Source of the DNA: an uncultured Nitrososphaerota archaeon | GTDB lineage: Archaea; Thermoproteota; Nitrososphaeria; Nitrososphaerales; Nitrosopumilaceae | Length of the DNA stretch: 64,000 nucleotides | Assembly (NCBI GenBank): GCA_963701075.1 | Contig: OY969559.1 | Span: 1,184,577 to 1,248,576, forward strand | Direction of reading: 5' to 3' | Shown: one piece after another, positions 41,227-50,025 of the stretch | How the letters are laid out: each line of letters starts with the position of its first letter | Numbering within the stretch: position 1 is the first letter of the stretch | Notes under the pieces: model-generated | What the model saw: the letters and a program-made list of their open reading frames with translations, nothing else | Told to the model about the DNA's origin: nothing | The model's database searches: none | Translations under genes and position numbers: made by a program

Positions 41227-44082
41227 TTATTCCACATTAATTATACCGATTTTCCACGGATGAACTTGGCAAAAGTAGTAATATGTTCCAGATTCCGAAA
41301 AGACTTGGGTGAATCGTTTCTCAGGAGAAATCAGACTGCTGTCAAAATATGTACCGGTTCTTGAATCTGACGGCTTGCCACTAGTTATAGTATGCTCTAC
41401 TGTATCTTCGTTAATCCATGTGACTGAATCGCCCTTCCTTACTGAAATCATATCAGGCACAAAAAATTGAGGGTTATCTGGTCTACTTGAACCCGCACAT
41501 ATCATAATATCATGACTCAAGGTCGGTCTGGCCACGCCAGCATCGACTTCGCTATTTTCATCTTCTTGATTTTTTTCATCTGACTTCCCAACTCGTATTT
41601 TAAATCTCAAGGGTCGTGAAAGAGCATGCGGGTCATCAATACTCTCCCATGCAAATAACTCAACGTTAAATTCCCCAGTACTTTCCGGAGTCCATTGTAA
41701 GAGGGCTTTGACGGATTGTTTTGGCAATATGGAAGAAGAAACATGTGAAAGATGCATGACTGTTCCAGATTGGTTTGTTATCTGCATTAAAAAGACAAAA
41801 GATTCCTTTTTTTCCTGCATGTTTGTAACCTTTGCCCCAATGAATATTTTTTGTCCTGTTTTGATTTGTTCTAGGATCTTGTTATTTTTATCAATTATAA
41901 TTGGATCGGTCAATGTAAAACGTTGTAGTGGTGGTGTAATTTTTCCGATGAAAGACGTTGCGCTCATCATGATTTCACTTGAGTATGTAAATGGAGTCGG
42001 TAGAGTTCTGTCCACATATAGAACATGAATTTTATCACCGTCCTTTACTTTTAATTTATTTACATCAGAAGACTCAGCGACCAATTTAACCGCCCCCCGA
42101 AATATTCCAGTATCATTCCCTGTTTCTACAACACTTACCATGATTCCATCTTTGTGTGAATCGGACCATACTTTCAAATCAAACTTATCAACTGAATCAG
42201 GATCAAGATTCATGTCTGGATCAATGATCTGAATTTCTGCCACATCCCCTATGGAATAAGATGCCTGAGTCCATCTTACAGTTCCTATATTCCAACGAAT
42301 TATTGCAGATGCCTGAATTTCCATGCCTTTTGCATATTCGTATGTGACAGTTATGGAATCATCATTGGTGCATGGAATAAACCCATCAGTTGGACCAGTA
42401 CCACCAATTTTACCACTTGGATTCAATCCGTTTCCGTCAACTCCTTTCTGATCTTTGATTGATGGATCTCCTGTAAGAACCACATATCCAGTAAAAATCC
42501 CAGTGTTCGTTCCTGTTTCCTCTAATCTATACCGAATTTTGTGATTTTTAGTGGAAATAGAAATTTTGCCTGACCACTCATCTCCTATGATATCTTTAGC
42601 GTTAGGATCTACATTTGCGTCTGGCGCCACTACAGTAATGTGGACTTTGTCTGTCCAAGTGTACACTTTCTGGCTTAGTTGTATGGTTGCGCCAAAATGT
42701 GAGAGATAGAATTTGCATTCAGTAGTTTGTCCTCCGTATTCTGCCATCATCTTATATTCGGCATTTGGTTTACGACTCCAGTCTTTTCCACCGATAAGAA
42801 TAGATTCTTGATAGATGCTATTCCAATCATCTTGTACCGGAATTGTATTTTTATAAACTAATTTTCCATCTGGTCCAAATATCTCCAGATTTATTGGAAT
42901 GTTACTTATCACGTTAGGATTTACAACTGTTGCAATCAACTTACGCCCATAAAGATAAACCATTTTGTCGGTTTGAAGTGTGATGGGAAGCGGTTTAGAT
43001 ACATATACACTACTTCTAGAACTTTTACCGTTATATTCTGCAATTAACTGATAATGAGCGTCCTCTTTCAACTTGTCTCCAGATACGGTCAATTTGGTTA
43101 GTTGCTCTATTCCTTCTACTGGAATTTTTGTTTGATAGACTATACCTCCTTCAGGATTAAGAATTTTCAAAACTACTAGATCCGAAGAAGTTGGTTTTAA
43201 TCTTGTTCGTATGACTAGTGGCCCCCCAAATGTTACTCTAGTCTTGTTTGGTTTTACATCTATGCCATTTGGTAACGAGGCTATGGATTTGTATAATGAA
43301 ATTTCTTTGAGAAATTCCAACATCATATCTGTTGGTGTCTTTTTATCAGATTTTAGCTGGATTACGTTAAGATTCATCTCTTCGAATTTTTTAATCGTCT
43401 GATCGTCAGGGTTTAACAAAACGATGTACCCTTTTGGGGCAAACTCTTTTGCGGTATCTTCGATTGTTTTTCTCACTTGTTGAAAGTTCGGATCTGAAAG
43501 ACTGTAACCGAGAAATAAAGGAGTTTTTGTTTCCAGATATGCAGATAATTGAGTTACTATAGTTTTGTATTTTTCCATGTACTCGTCATAATCATTTTTT
43601 GTCATTACCAGATATTCAGGGCTTTCAACATCGCCATGCATTTTAATGATATTTACAGTTGGTGGTCTTGCCAACATTACAACTTGTATCGGACCTGCTA
43701 GAGATTTAGCTGTGATGCCAACTTCTCTGTATGCTTGTTCTAGTAGAGTATCGAAATTTGTTGTAAATACAATTTTGAAATCAGAAATCTTTGCAAATTC
43801 ACGATGCACTTCTCCCGCCTTTACGATATTTGTTAGTAAAATTCTCTCTATTTCTTGTACCAGTCTCTTCCTACCGAACTTGTTCGCATATGCTTGGGTT
43901 ATTTCCAAATTGTCTGATAACTCCGTAGTACCTAAATCCTTAGCTAGTTCATCACATAGTTCAGACCATGAAGGCATTTTTGTCCCATTGGGAAGGTCTG
44001 CATTTTTTGAGAACCCTGCTCCCACAAAAGGTAGACAATTACCATTCGCCATATCTTCGAGTAGTTCTCTTGGTACTAACAC
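41227..44082 (-). CDS. SIR2_2-type (DHS-like NAD-binding) N-terminal domain fused to beta-rich repeat region and C-terminal cupredoxin domain
   Basis: 951 aa; LPFVGAGFS and KMHGDVESPEYLVMTKNDYDEY (SIR2_2 hallmarks); C-terminus SVTWINEDTVEHTITSG...YYYFCQVHPWKIGIINVE (type-1 copper fold ligand pattern H/C/H). Confidence 0.55.
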   Translation of the reverse strand: MLVPRELLEDMANGNCLPFVGAGFSKNADLPNGTKMPSWSELCDELAKDLGTTELSDNLEITQAYANKFGRKRLVQEIERILLTNIVKAGEVHREFAKISDFKIVFTTNFDTLLEQAYREVGITAKSLAGPIQVVMLARPPTVNIIKMHGDVESPEYLVMTKNDYDEYMEKYKTIVTQLSAYLETKTPLFLGYSLSDPNFQQVRKTIEDTAKEFAPKGYIVLLNPDDQTIKKFEEMNLNVIQLKSDKKTPTDMMLEFLKEISLYKSIASLPNGIDVKPNKTRVTFGGPLVIRTRLKPTSSDLVVLKILNPEGGIVYQTKIPVEGIEQLTKLTVSGDKLKEDAHYQLIAEYNGKSSRSSVYVSKPLPITLQTDKMVYLYGRKLIATVVNPNVISNIPINLEIFGPDGKLVYKNTIPVQDDWNSIYQESILIGGKDWSRKPNAEYKMMAEYGGQTTECKFYLSHFGATIQLSQKVYTWTDKVHITVVAPDANVDPNAKDIIGDEWSGKISISTKNHKIRYRLEETGTNTGIFTGYVVLTGDPSIKDQKGVDGNGLNPSGKIGGTGPTDGFIPCTNDDSITVTYEYAKGMEIQASAIIRWNIGTVRWTQASYSIGDVAEIQIIDPDMNLDPDSVDKFDLKVWSDSHKDGIMVSVVETGNDTGIFRGAVKLVAESSDVNKLKVKDGDKIHVLYVDRTLPTPFTYSSEIMMSATSFIGKITPPLQRFTLTDPIIIDKNNKILEQIKTGQKIFIGAKVTNMQEKKESFVFLMQITNQSGTVMHLSHVSSSILPKQSVKALLQWTPESTGEFNVELFAWESIDDPHALSRPLRFKIRVGKSDEKNQEDENSEVDAGVARPTLSHDIMICAGSSRPDNPQFFVPDMISVRKGDSVTWINEDTVEHTITSGKPSDSRTGTYFDSSLISPEKRFTQVFSESGTYYYFCQVHPWKIGIINVE

Positions 44083-44188
44083 AGATCAGATCATTAAATT
44101 CAAGAGTAAAAAAGAATGTGATTTATTGAGAAAGTGATTCTTATTTTGTTTGGATTCTGTTTTTATATGTGCTCTCTCCAAAGCTGTA

Positions 44189-44218
44189 GTGTAGACAATG
44201 TAGACAAATAATGTCTAC
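44189..44218. repeat. 30-bp copy of GTGTAGACAATGTAGACAAATAATGTCTAC abutting the ATPase stop codon (direct repeat of 45393-45422)
   Basis: 29/30 identical to 45393-45422, same orientation. Confidence 0.8.
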
Positions 44219-45411
44219 TAGGTAAACTTTCGCAGGATATACTTCTTTAACAGAGGAACTGAAAAACGGTAAACACCGCGTTTATAGTTATAAATCAGAC
44301 CTTTATCCTCAAGTCTTTTCATGTATTTTGATAAGGTAGTTCGTTCTATCCTGGCTTTTTTCTTGATAAAATCAAATGGAATGTCCATATCCTTTGCATG
44401 TGCCATGGCAATGATGACCTTTTGTTCTTCATCACTTAACGCATCCATTCGCGGATCAAAAAAGTCGTCGTCAAGCTGTTTTGTAATTGAAGGACTGAAT
44501 CGTTCATAATCATTTAAGAGAATCTTCTTTTTTCCGCTCATATTGATTAGTTCTTTACAGTAAAACTGGATAAAATATGGATATTGGCCAGTCTCAACAA
44601 CAATTCTTTCAATAAGTGGCTTTTCGAATTGGAATTCACTTCTATCTAATGGGGTGACAATTGCGGAAGTTGCTTCCTCCCTGTTTAGGTTTCCCACCTC
44701 CATGGATTTGTACATGCGTTCAGAATATGATCTCACTTCTTTTACATTGAGATGGAGGTTTGGCAGACCACAAAACACTGCAAAATATTTGCAATGTTTC
44801 TTTTGCACTTCGTTTAACACCCCGATAAAATCAGAAAGGACAAACCACTTTTTGTATTCTATATCATACACCGAATGAAATTCATCAAACAGGAAGATGA
44901 CGCCTTTGTAATTGCCATTTTCAAAGACCTTCCAATTCGCTAGCAGGTATTCCTTTAGATGATCTTCAAATGGGATCCCAGAAGTTGTGTTGTAAGACGG
45001 TTCATAATAAAAAACATCTGGAATTCCAACTTCTTTTGGTCTAATATATGACAAAACAGAAGTGAACTTGTCCTTCATCCTCTTAACTCTGGAAAATGTA
45101 CGTATTGCAGTTTTTATATCATATTTTAATGCCTTGGTAAATTCGTCTGGGTCGCAATATTTCTTACTAAACTGTGACCTTTTAACAGGAAGAAAACCGT
45201 GACTTATGCAGGATTTACTAAATTCATCCATGAGTACAGTTTTTCCAGTTCCTCGTAAACCATACACTATCAAATTCTCAATTTGACCTTCCTTTATACG
45301 ATTTAGCATTTGTGCAAATTTTTCCAAATGCTTTTCTCGTCCTGCAAGATAAGGCGGTGGAACTCCTGAACCTGGATTAAATGGATTATTTGGTGTAGAC
45401 AATGTAGACAA
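44218..45411 (-). CDS. Archaeal AAA ATPase (Arch_ATPase-like P-loop) with C-terminal winged-helix (DUF234-like)
   Basis: 397 aa; PPPYLAGREKHLEKF lead-in, Walker A GLRGTGKT, Walker B IFLFDEFH; non-ATG (TTG) start inside the palindrome. Confidence 0.7.
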   Translation of the reverse strand: MSTLSTPNNPFNPGSGVPPPYLAGREKHLEKFAQMLNRIKEGQIENLIVYGLRGTGKTVLMDEFSKSCISHGFLPVKRSQFSKKYCDPDEFTKALKYDIKTAIRTFSRVKRMKDKFTSVLSYIRPKEVGIPDVFYYEPSYNTTSGIPFEDHLKEYLLANWKVFENGNYKGVIFLFDEFHSVYDIEYKKWFVLSDFIGVLNEVQKKHCKYFAVFCGLPNLHLNVKEVRSYSERMYKSMEVGNLNREEATSAIVTPLDRSEFQFEKPLIERIVVETGQYPYFIQFYCKELINMSGKKKILLNDYERFSPSITKQLDDDFFDPRMDALSDEEQKVIIAMAHAKDMDIPFDFIKKKARIERTTLSKYMKRLEDKGLIYNYKRGVYRFSVPLLKKYILRKFT

Positions 45412-45432
45412 ATTATGTCTACATTGTCTACA
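45393..45432. promoter_or_regulatory. Imperfect palindrome GTAGACAATGTAGACA-AATTA-TGTCTACATTGTCTAC spanning the ATPase start codon; candidate operator
   Basis: 16-bp arms exactly inverted around a 5-bp spacer, read directly. Confidence 0.5.
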
Positions 45433-45746
45433 TTATAAAGAATTTCATTGAAAATATTAGATCAGTTTTATGCACCATGATCAAACAATATTTCCGACCC
45501 TTTTGTAACTGCATTATAGATTTTCCAGACTTGTTGGCTAGGTAGGTCATTATTCATTGCTCCAAGATCTTGTCTTCCATCCAGAAGCCGCGAACTTCAC
45601 ACTCCAGGAATGATATGTATGCTGTTCTGATAGCATTAATTTCTTCAGCCATGCTATGAAAATATGGTAGAGAATGTTAAACTTTCATAGCCAAATTCAG
45701 ACGGTACAGTATCTTCACCTTCATTCTAATCCGCATTAATTAGGTT

Positions 45747-47201
45747 CTATATGCTACTAGTTCTGGCCGTATCGTGATCTCTAGCGAAGTTCCTCACATG
45801 CCTTATCTTGATTATGAATTCTTTAAGATTATCACTTGAAAATGGTAGTTCAGATAGAAAACAGGCTTCTGCTAGAGCCATCATTTGATGCGTGAGATAT
45901 ACTAACTGCTGAGTATCCGTTATAACTCCGTCGGAAAATTCAAGTCCATGAGCGTTATAGTGTCTTGTCTTAGAAACATTTACGGTAAAATCATGTTTCT
46001 CTTTTGCTGCATCATTAAAGGCATCCGGGCACATATCCACAAGTTTTTGAAGTCTTTCTGCGAGATTAGGCCAATTACCCATGCTTTTGAATTGCTTTAT
46101 GTAATTGATTTGGTTTTGAGCACCAACGCATTTTGATTTCATATTTTGAATCATTTTTTCATAGTCTTCGTCAGACATTTTCTTATCACTGGGAAATTTC
46201 TTCCTATGATATGCTTCTAGTACTTGCACTACACGTTGGAACTTGATTTCGAGTGTGATGGATCCTTCGTCTAGGAGAGTTGTAAAATAATCTATAAGTA
46301 AATCACGACAAACTATCCAGAATTTTCTCCAAGTTTGTACGTATGACTGAAAGTTTTGAGATAGTAAAGGATAATGAAATAACATATCACGTGATAAAGA
46401 TCTTTCAGGCACGTAATCGTGCAGGCGGATACTTGGAAATACACTGACACTAGTGTTATCCTGATCTGCTGTTTTGGCCCGTATGCTAATAGGATATACG
46501 TTTTTCATCATAGATAACATCAAAAAATGTCTAAAACATGTTTGAATGTCCCAGAAATCCTTTAGCTTATGAGGTGTTTGACTTTTAATCATTAAAGATG
46601 TTGTTTGGGTGATTTTTCTTTCTTCTGAGTATATTGAGAATCCAGTTGATGCACCATGTACGATTTCTAGTTCAAACTCCTCGTCAATCTTTGCCTTTAT
46701 TGAGGGAGGTTGTTGGTATTCTAACTTAATTTTTTTATCAATAGATTCAGAACGATCAGTTTTGAATGAAGATTGTGCTACCCATAGGTGTAGATTTGAC
46801 CAATCTACAGAGACACTCTTGAATTCTATTTCTTCTAGAGTATCAAAATGTTTTCCTACAAACATTGACATGGCCCTAAATTTGCAAGTGACGATTCCAT
46901 TTGATGCAGTATGAAGTCCAGTCTGAGCACAATCAACCAGTGTTATTATACGGTCATCTGTAGTTAATCCTAAAATAATCGGCTTCTCTTCAGGTCCTTC
47001 CTCAAACTTTTTGATTATGGAGAAAACATCTGCATCGGTTGCAGCAAATGAACCAATGGTGGTAAGCGATATGCCGTTATTATCATATTCCATAGTACCA
47101 GAGAGTTTTCTTTCTTTTGATTCGGGCAGAAACCAGATTCCAACGGATTGAAATTTATCATATAGTGATAAAGATTGATTTTCTTCGGTCATGTCCCGCA
47201 T
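45747..47201 (-). CDS. HEPN-motif protein, ApeA-like architecture (large N-terminal domain + C-terminal Rx4H)
   Basis: 484 aa; KTRHYNAHG near C-terminus fits the HEPN Rx4-6H motif; size and domain order as in Apea-type abortive-infection proteins. Confidence 0.35.
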   Translation of the reverse strand: MRDMTEENQSLSLYDKFQSVGIWFLPESKERKLSGTMEYDNNGISLTTIGSFAATDADVFSIIKKFEEGPEEKPIILGLTTDDRIITLVDCAQTGLHTASNGIVTCKFRAMSMFVGKHFDTLEEIEFKSVSVDWSNLHLWVAQSSFKTDRSESIDKKIKLEYQQPPSIKAKIDEEFELEIVHGASTGFSIYSEERKITQTTSLMIKSQTPHKLKDFWDIQTCFRHFLMLSMMKNVYPISIRAKTADQDNTSVSVFPSIRLHDYVPERSLSRDMLFHYPLLSQNFQSYVQTWRKFWIVCRDLLIDYFTTLLDEGSITLEIKFQRVVQVLEAYHRKKFPSDKKMSDEDYEKMIQNMKSKCVGAQNQINYIKQFKSMGNWPNLAERLQKLVDMCPDAFNDAAKEKHDFTVNVSKTRHYNAHGLEFSDGVITDTQQLVYLTHQMMALAEACFLSELPFSSDNLKEFIIKIRHVRNFARDHDTARTSSI

Positions 47202-47410
47202 GAACTGTCTTCACGACTAGGCAGATGTCTCAGTCTTGGATAAAATACAAAGAATGCCATCAATAGAACAAGGCCAATTGTTTGTAATGATATTGCTGTT
47301 TGGAGATATGGTACTGATTTTGTTATTTCAGCTATTGGATAGAATGGGACTGCTGCAAGTGATGATATGATTCCAAATACTAGCATTGCATGCGTATGCT
47401 TTAGTCTCAT
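47189..47410 (-). CDS. Small membrane protein (two TM helices), overlaps flanking genes
   Basis: 73-aa ORF; 4-nt overlap upstream, 13-nt overlap downstream. Confidence 0.3.
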   Translation of the reverse strand: MRLKHTHAMLVFGIISSLAAVPFYPIAEITKSVPYLQTAISLQTIGLVLLMAFFVFYPRLRHLPSREDSSCGT

Positions 47411-48090
47411 GATATACCAAATATAGAAGCAAAATTAACCATATCATCGGCTGCTCCTATTCCGTTCTCGTCTACTTCAATCTCGATTACATTATTGCCT
47501 CCAATGCAAACAAGATTTATCGCCGTATTTTGGATTGTGGTTCTAAGTATACCGCCACATGTATTACTATTGGGTCCATTGCTGGGCAAATTCCATTTTT
47601 CGAAATGCTCACTATTCCAGTATTCGAAGATTTGTTGCCACGCAGATCTTGCATCGCTATAAGTAGCGAATTGGCCAACATCGACTGTGGCTTCTGCACC
47701 CATACCAGGTTTCGTGTAGGATTGTTCAATTGAATTTATGAAACCTAAGCCACCCATAATCCTGGAATTTGTTGGCTGTCCCACAATCTGCCATGCTGAG
47801 CCAATCTCGTTTTGTGTTGGAAGAGATGATGCTAATGGGTTTGTGGGAGGAGTTGCTGCAGGAGCTGATTGCGTGGTTGTTGATGAGATCTGAATGAGGC
47901 CATCGTTGATCATCCATTGTATAGCCTTGATGAATTCTGCGTCTGAGATCTGGCCTTGTCCCCACCAAAGGGCAGTATTTTTCACCCAGCTTGGAATAGA
48001 TGTTTGCTGAGCTATTACGTTAGTAGAATGGCCTAATGTGATTCCTATTGCAAAAGCTAGAACGATAACAAGATAGAGCGCCTTTTTCAA
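47407..48090 (-). CDS. Secreted protein with N-terminal IPSWVKNTALWWGQGQISDAEFIKAIQWMINDGLI repeat and C-terminal globular domain
   Basis: 227 aa; signal peptide MKKALYLVIVLAFAIGITLG. Confidence 0.5.
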   Translation of the reverse strand: MKKALYLVIVLAFAIGITLGHSTNVIAQQTSIPSWVKNTALWWGQGQISDAEFIKAIQWMINDGLIQISSTTTQSAPAATPPTNPLASSLPTQNEIGSAWQIVGQPTNSRIMGGLGFINSIEQSYTKPGMGAEATVDVGQFATYSDARSAWQQIFEYWNSEHFEKWNLPSNGPNSNTCGGILRTTIQNTAINLVCIGGNNVIEIEVDENGIGAADDMVNFASIFGIS

Positions 48091-48194
48091 TGTAGTTAGA
48101 TTTCAGGTTTAAAATATATAAGATTTCATCTGCTGTAGGTATTGTTGTCCTAAACAAACTTCAGCAAGTTGTTTGAGTGGCTCATGTTTGTAAC

Positions 48195-49283
48195 TTATTG
48201 TAATCTAGGATCACTACATACAGGGAAATAAGAAGGATAAGTCTTTTCCAACCAGCTGCCGCAGTCTTGTTTTACGATGTTTATTGCATTGATACAAGTA
48301 GTGGAATTAGAAATTGCGCTATTGATACAATCGTTTAGAATGATTTGAAACTGGCTGTTAATTTTGTCCAATGCTGTTGCGTTAATTGGTGTTTGACTAG
48401 GTGTATTGAGGGGGTAGGTTGGATTTGTAGATTGACCCATGTTTGCTATTTGTTGTAGTCTTGGATCGCTACAAGCCGTAATGCCTGGAGTGGTCTGGCA
48501 TAGGCTTATCATGTTTTTGGCATCTGTAACACAAACTTGAATTGTATTACTATTCTGTGTGGTCAAGCATTCATTGATGAAGGATTCCATTGTTTGACTT
48601 GTAGTATCATTTTGGTTTGCTGGTTCTGTAATCTGTTCATTCATTATCTGAGCTATTCGTGGGTCACTACATGCGGGAACTGCATTTGCACCCAATGAGT
48701 TACAAGTTTGTTGGATTTGCGTCATTTCTGTTTTGCATGTTGACAGATTGCTTGTATCATTAACTAGTGAACATGTATTTATCATCGTTAACGTGGCATT
48801 GTTAAGATTTGATGACGATGATGATATCATGTTTTGTGCATATGAGATTTTACTGTCAACCGTAGCTAAAAACTGGTCAATTCTAGGATCACTACATACT
48901 GACATTGAAGAATATTGAGAATCCTGACATTTGTTTTTTATATCCGTAATACCAGATTTGCACGTTGTTAAATCCCCTACTGATTGGTCTGTCTCACAAA
49001 CGTTAAGCAAATTCACACTGTCGGTATTTAGTCGGCTTGTATCCTGCTGAATCAGACTGTTTGTTGCTTGCTGGCTTTGAAGTTGGGCTGGCAGGACAAT
49101 TGCAATAAGCGCAATACCAAAAATTAGGCTTGCAATACCAATTATGATTTTACCAAATGCGCCCACGAAACGCTCTTCATTATAAATGATATAAGATTTA
49201 TCTTGGTAAACTTGGTATTCATGGCTATGTATATTCTTGATTATCTTATTTATCTTGATGAATGGCAAAGATACTTGGCGCAA
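48195..49283 (-). CDS. Membrane-anchored repeat protein with four approximately 60-aa Cys-containing modules each ending in CSDPR(I/L)
   Basis: 362 aa; VCSDPRIDQ, ACSDPRIAQ, ACSDPRLQQ, VCSDPRLQ; N-terminal TM IIIGIASLIFGIALIAIVL. Confidence 0.45.
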   Translation of the reverse strand: MRQVSLPFIKINKIIKNIHSHEYQVYQDKSYIIYNEERFVGAFGKIIIGIASLIFGIALIAIVLPAQLQSQQATNSLIQQDTSRLNTDSVNLLNVCETDQSVGDLTTCKSGITDIKNKCQDSQYSSMSVCSDPRIDQFLATVDSKISYAQNMISSSSSNLNNATLTMINTCSLVNDTSNLSTCKTEMTQIQQTCNSLGANAVPACSDPRIAQIMNEQITEPANQNDTTSQTMESFINECLTTQNSNTIQVCVTDAKNMISLCQTTPGITACSDPRLQQIANMGQSTNPTYPLNTPSQTPINATALDKINSQFQIILNDCINSAISNSTTCINAINIVKQDCGSWLEKTYPSYFPVCSDPRLQ

Positions 49284-49411
49284 GCAAGATAACTGTAAGA
49301 TACCAGGTCACAATTCCTGAGGATGTAAGGAAACAAATGAAAATAGAAGTTGGTCAGACTTTGGTATTTGTAGAAGATAATGGCAAGATAGTTCTCAAGA
49401 CAGATTTGTAA
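49262..49411 (+). CDS. AbrB/SpoVT (MazE-like) swapped-hairpin small DNA-binding protein, 49 aa (not in ORF track)
   Basis: MAKILGASKITVRYQVTIPEDVRKQMKIEVGQTLVFVEDNGKIVLKTDL matches the looped-hinge-helix pattern of AbrB/MazE antitoxins. Confidence 0.45.
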   Translation: MAKILGASKITVRYQVTIPEDVRKQMKIEVGQTLVFVEDNGKIVLKTDL

Positions 49412-49554
49412 CTCTGGTTACAATATTGAGGCCAAAAATTGACACAAGATTTGTGACTCTGTTCAATCTTCGATATGTTTCATTGATTTTCTATTGCTGT
49501 TCAATTAGGGGTTTGAAGTGTTAAGTTGGGAAGATCATAGATCATTTTTAATCA

Positions 49555-49869
49555 ATGTGTTTTCTAAAAATAAACATGGCTAAGATAGCTTTCATGCCAT
49601 TTCTTGAATGCGTTATGGAAGGGTCATACCGTGAAATTAAGGAAGGATTAGGCGACCTTAGTAATGCTGGATGGAAGAGGTATATGGCTATAGGATCAAC
49701 AGAAATTAGACTAATGACAATGCATGGTATTAGAAAATACACAGTAATTGAAAATGGAGGAATTTTTGAAATCGGATACAATATGGTAAAGTATTCTCCT
49801 GATAATGTTACAAACGAATTTGAAGTTGATGAGAAAAAATGGAGAAAAGACAATCATCCGCTAGAATAA
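49555..49869 (+). CDS. Hypothetical protein (real start probably MAKIAF at 49576)
   Basis: 104-aa ORF, more protein-like than the antisense ORF 49548-49853. Confidence 0.3.
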   Translation: MCFLKINMAKIAFMPFLECVMEGSYREIKEGLGDLSNAGWKRYMAIGSTEIRLMTMHGIRKYTVIENGGIFEIGYNMVKYSPDNVTNEFEVDEKKWRKDNHPLE

Positions 49870-50025
49870 AACATGTTAAACTTGCATACTAAAATTAGAA
49901 ATAATCATTGTCTAGTCAGTGAATAAACCGCTGGTTAGAATAAGGTTTTGTAAAACAAATCAAGCCATCTGGCCTGCGCTATTATCTTGTTAAGATGTGC
50001 CTTAGATAGAAGCAAATGGATGAAT

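Noticed and set aside
45412-45746. 335-bp gap between the ApeA-like and ATPase genes containing a 32-aa minus-strand ORF (MAEEINAIRTAYISFLECEVRGFWMEDKILEQ)
   Set aside because: No motif, too short; region more likely promoter/leader for the ATPase gene
49548-49853. 101-aa minus-strand ORF
   Set aside because: Antisense to the more protein-like plus-strand ORF 49555-49869; translation is low-complexity
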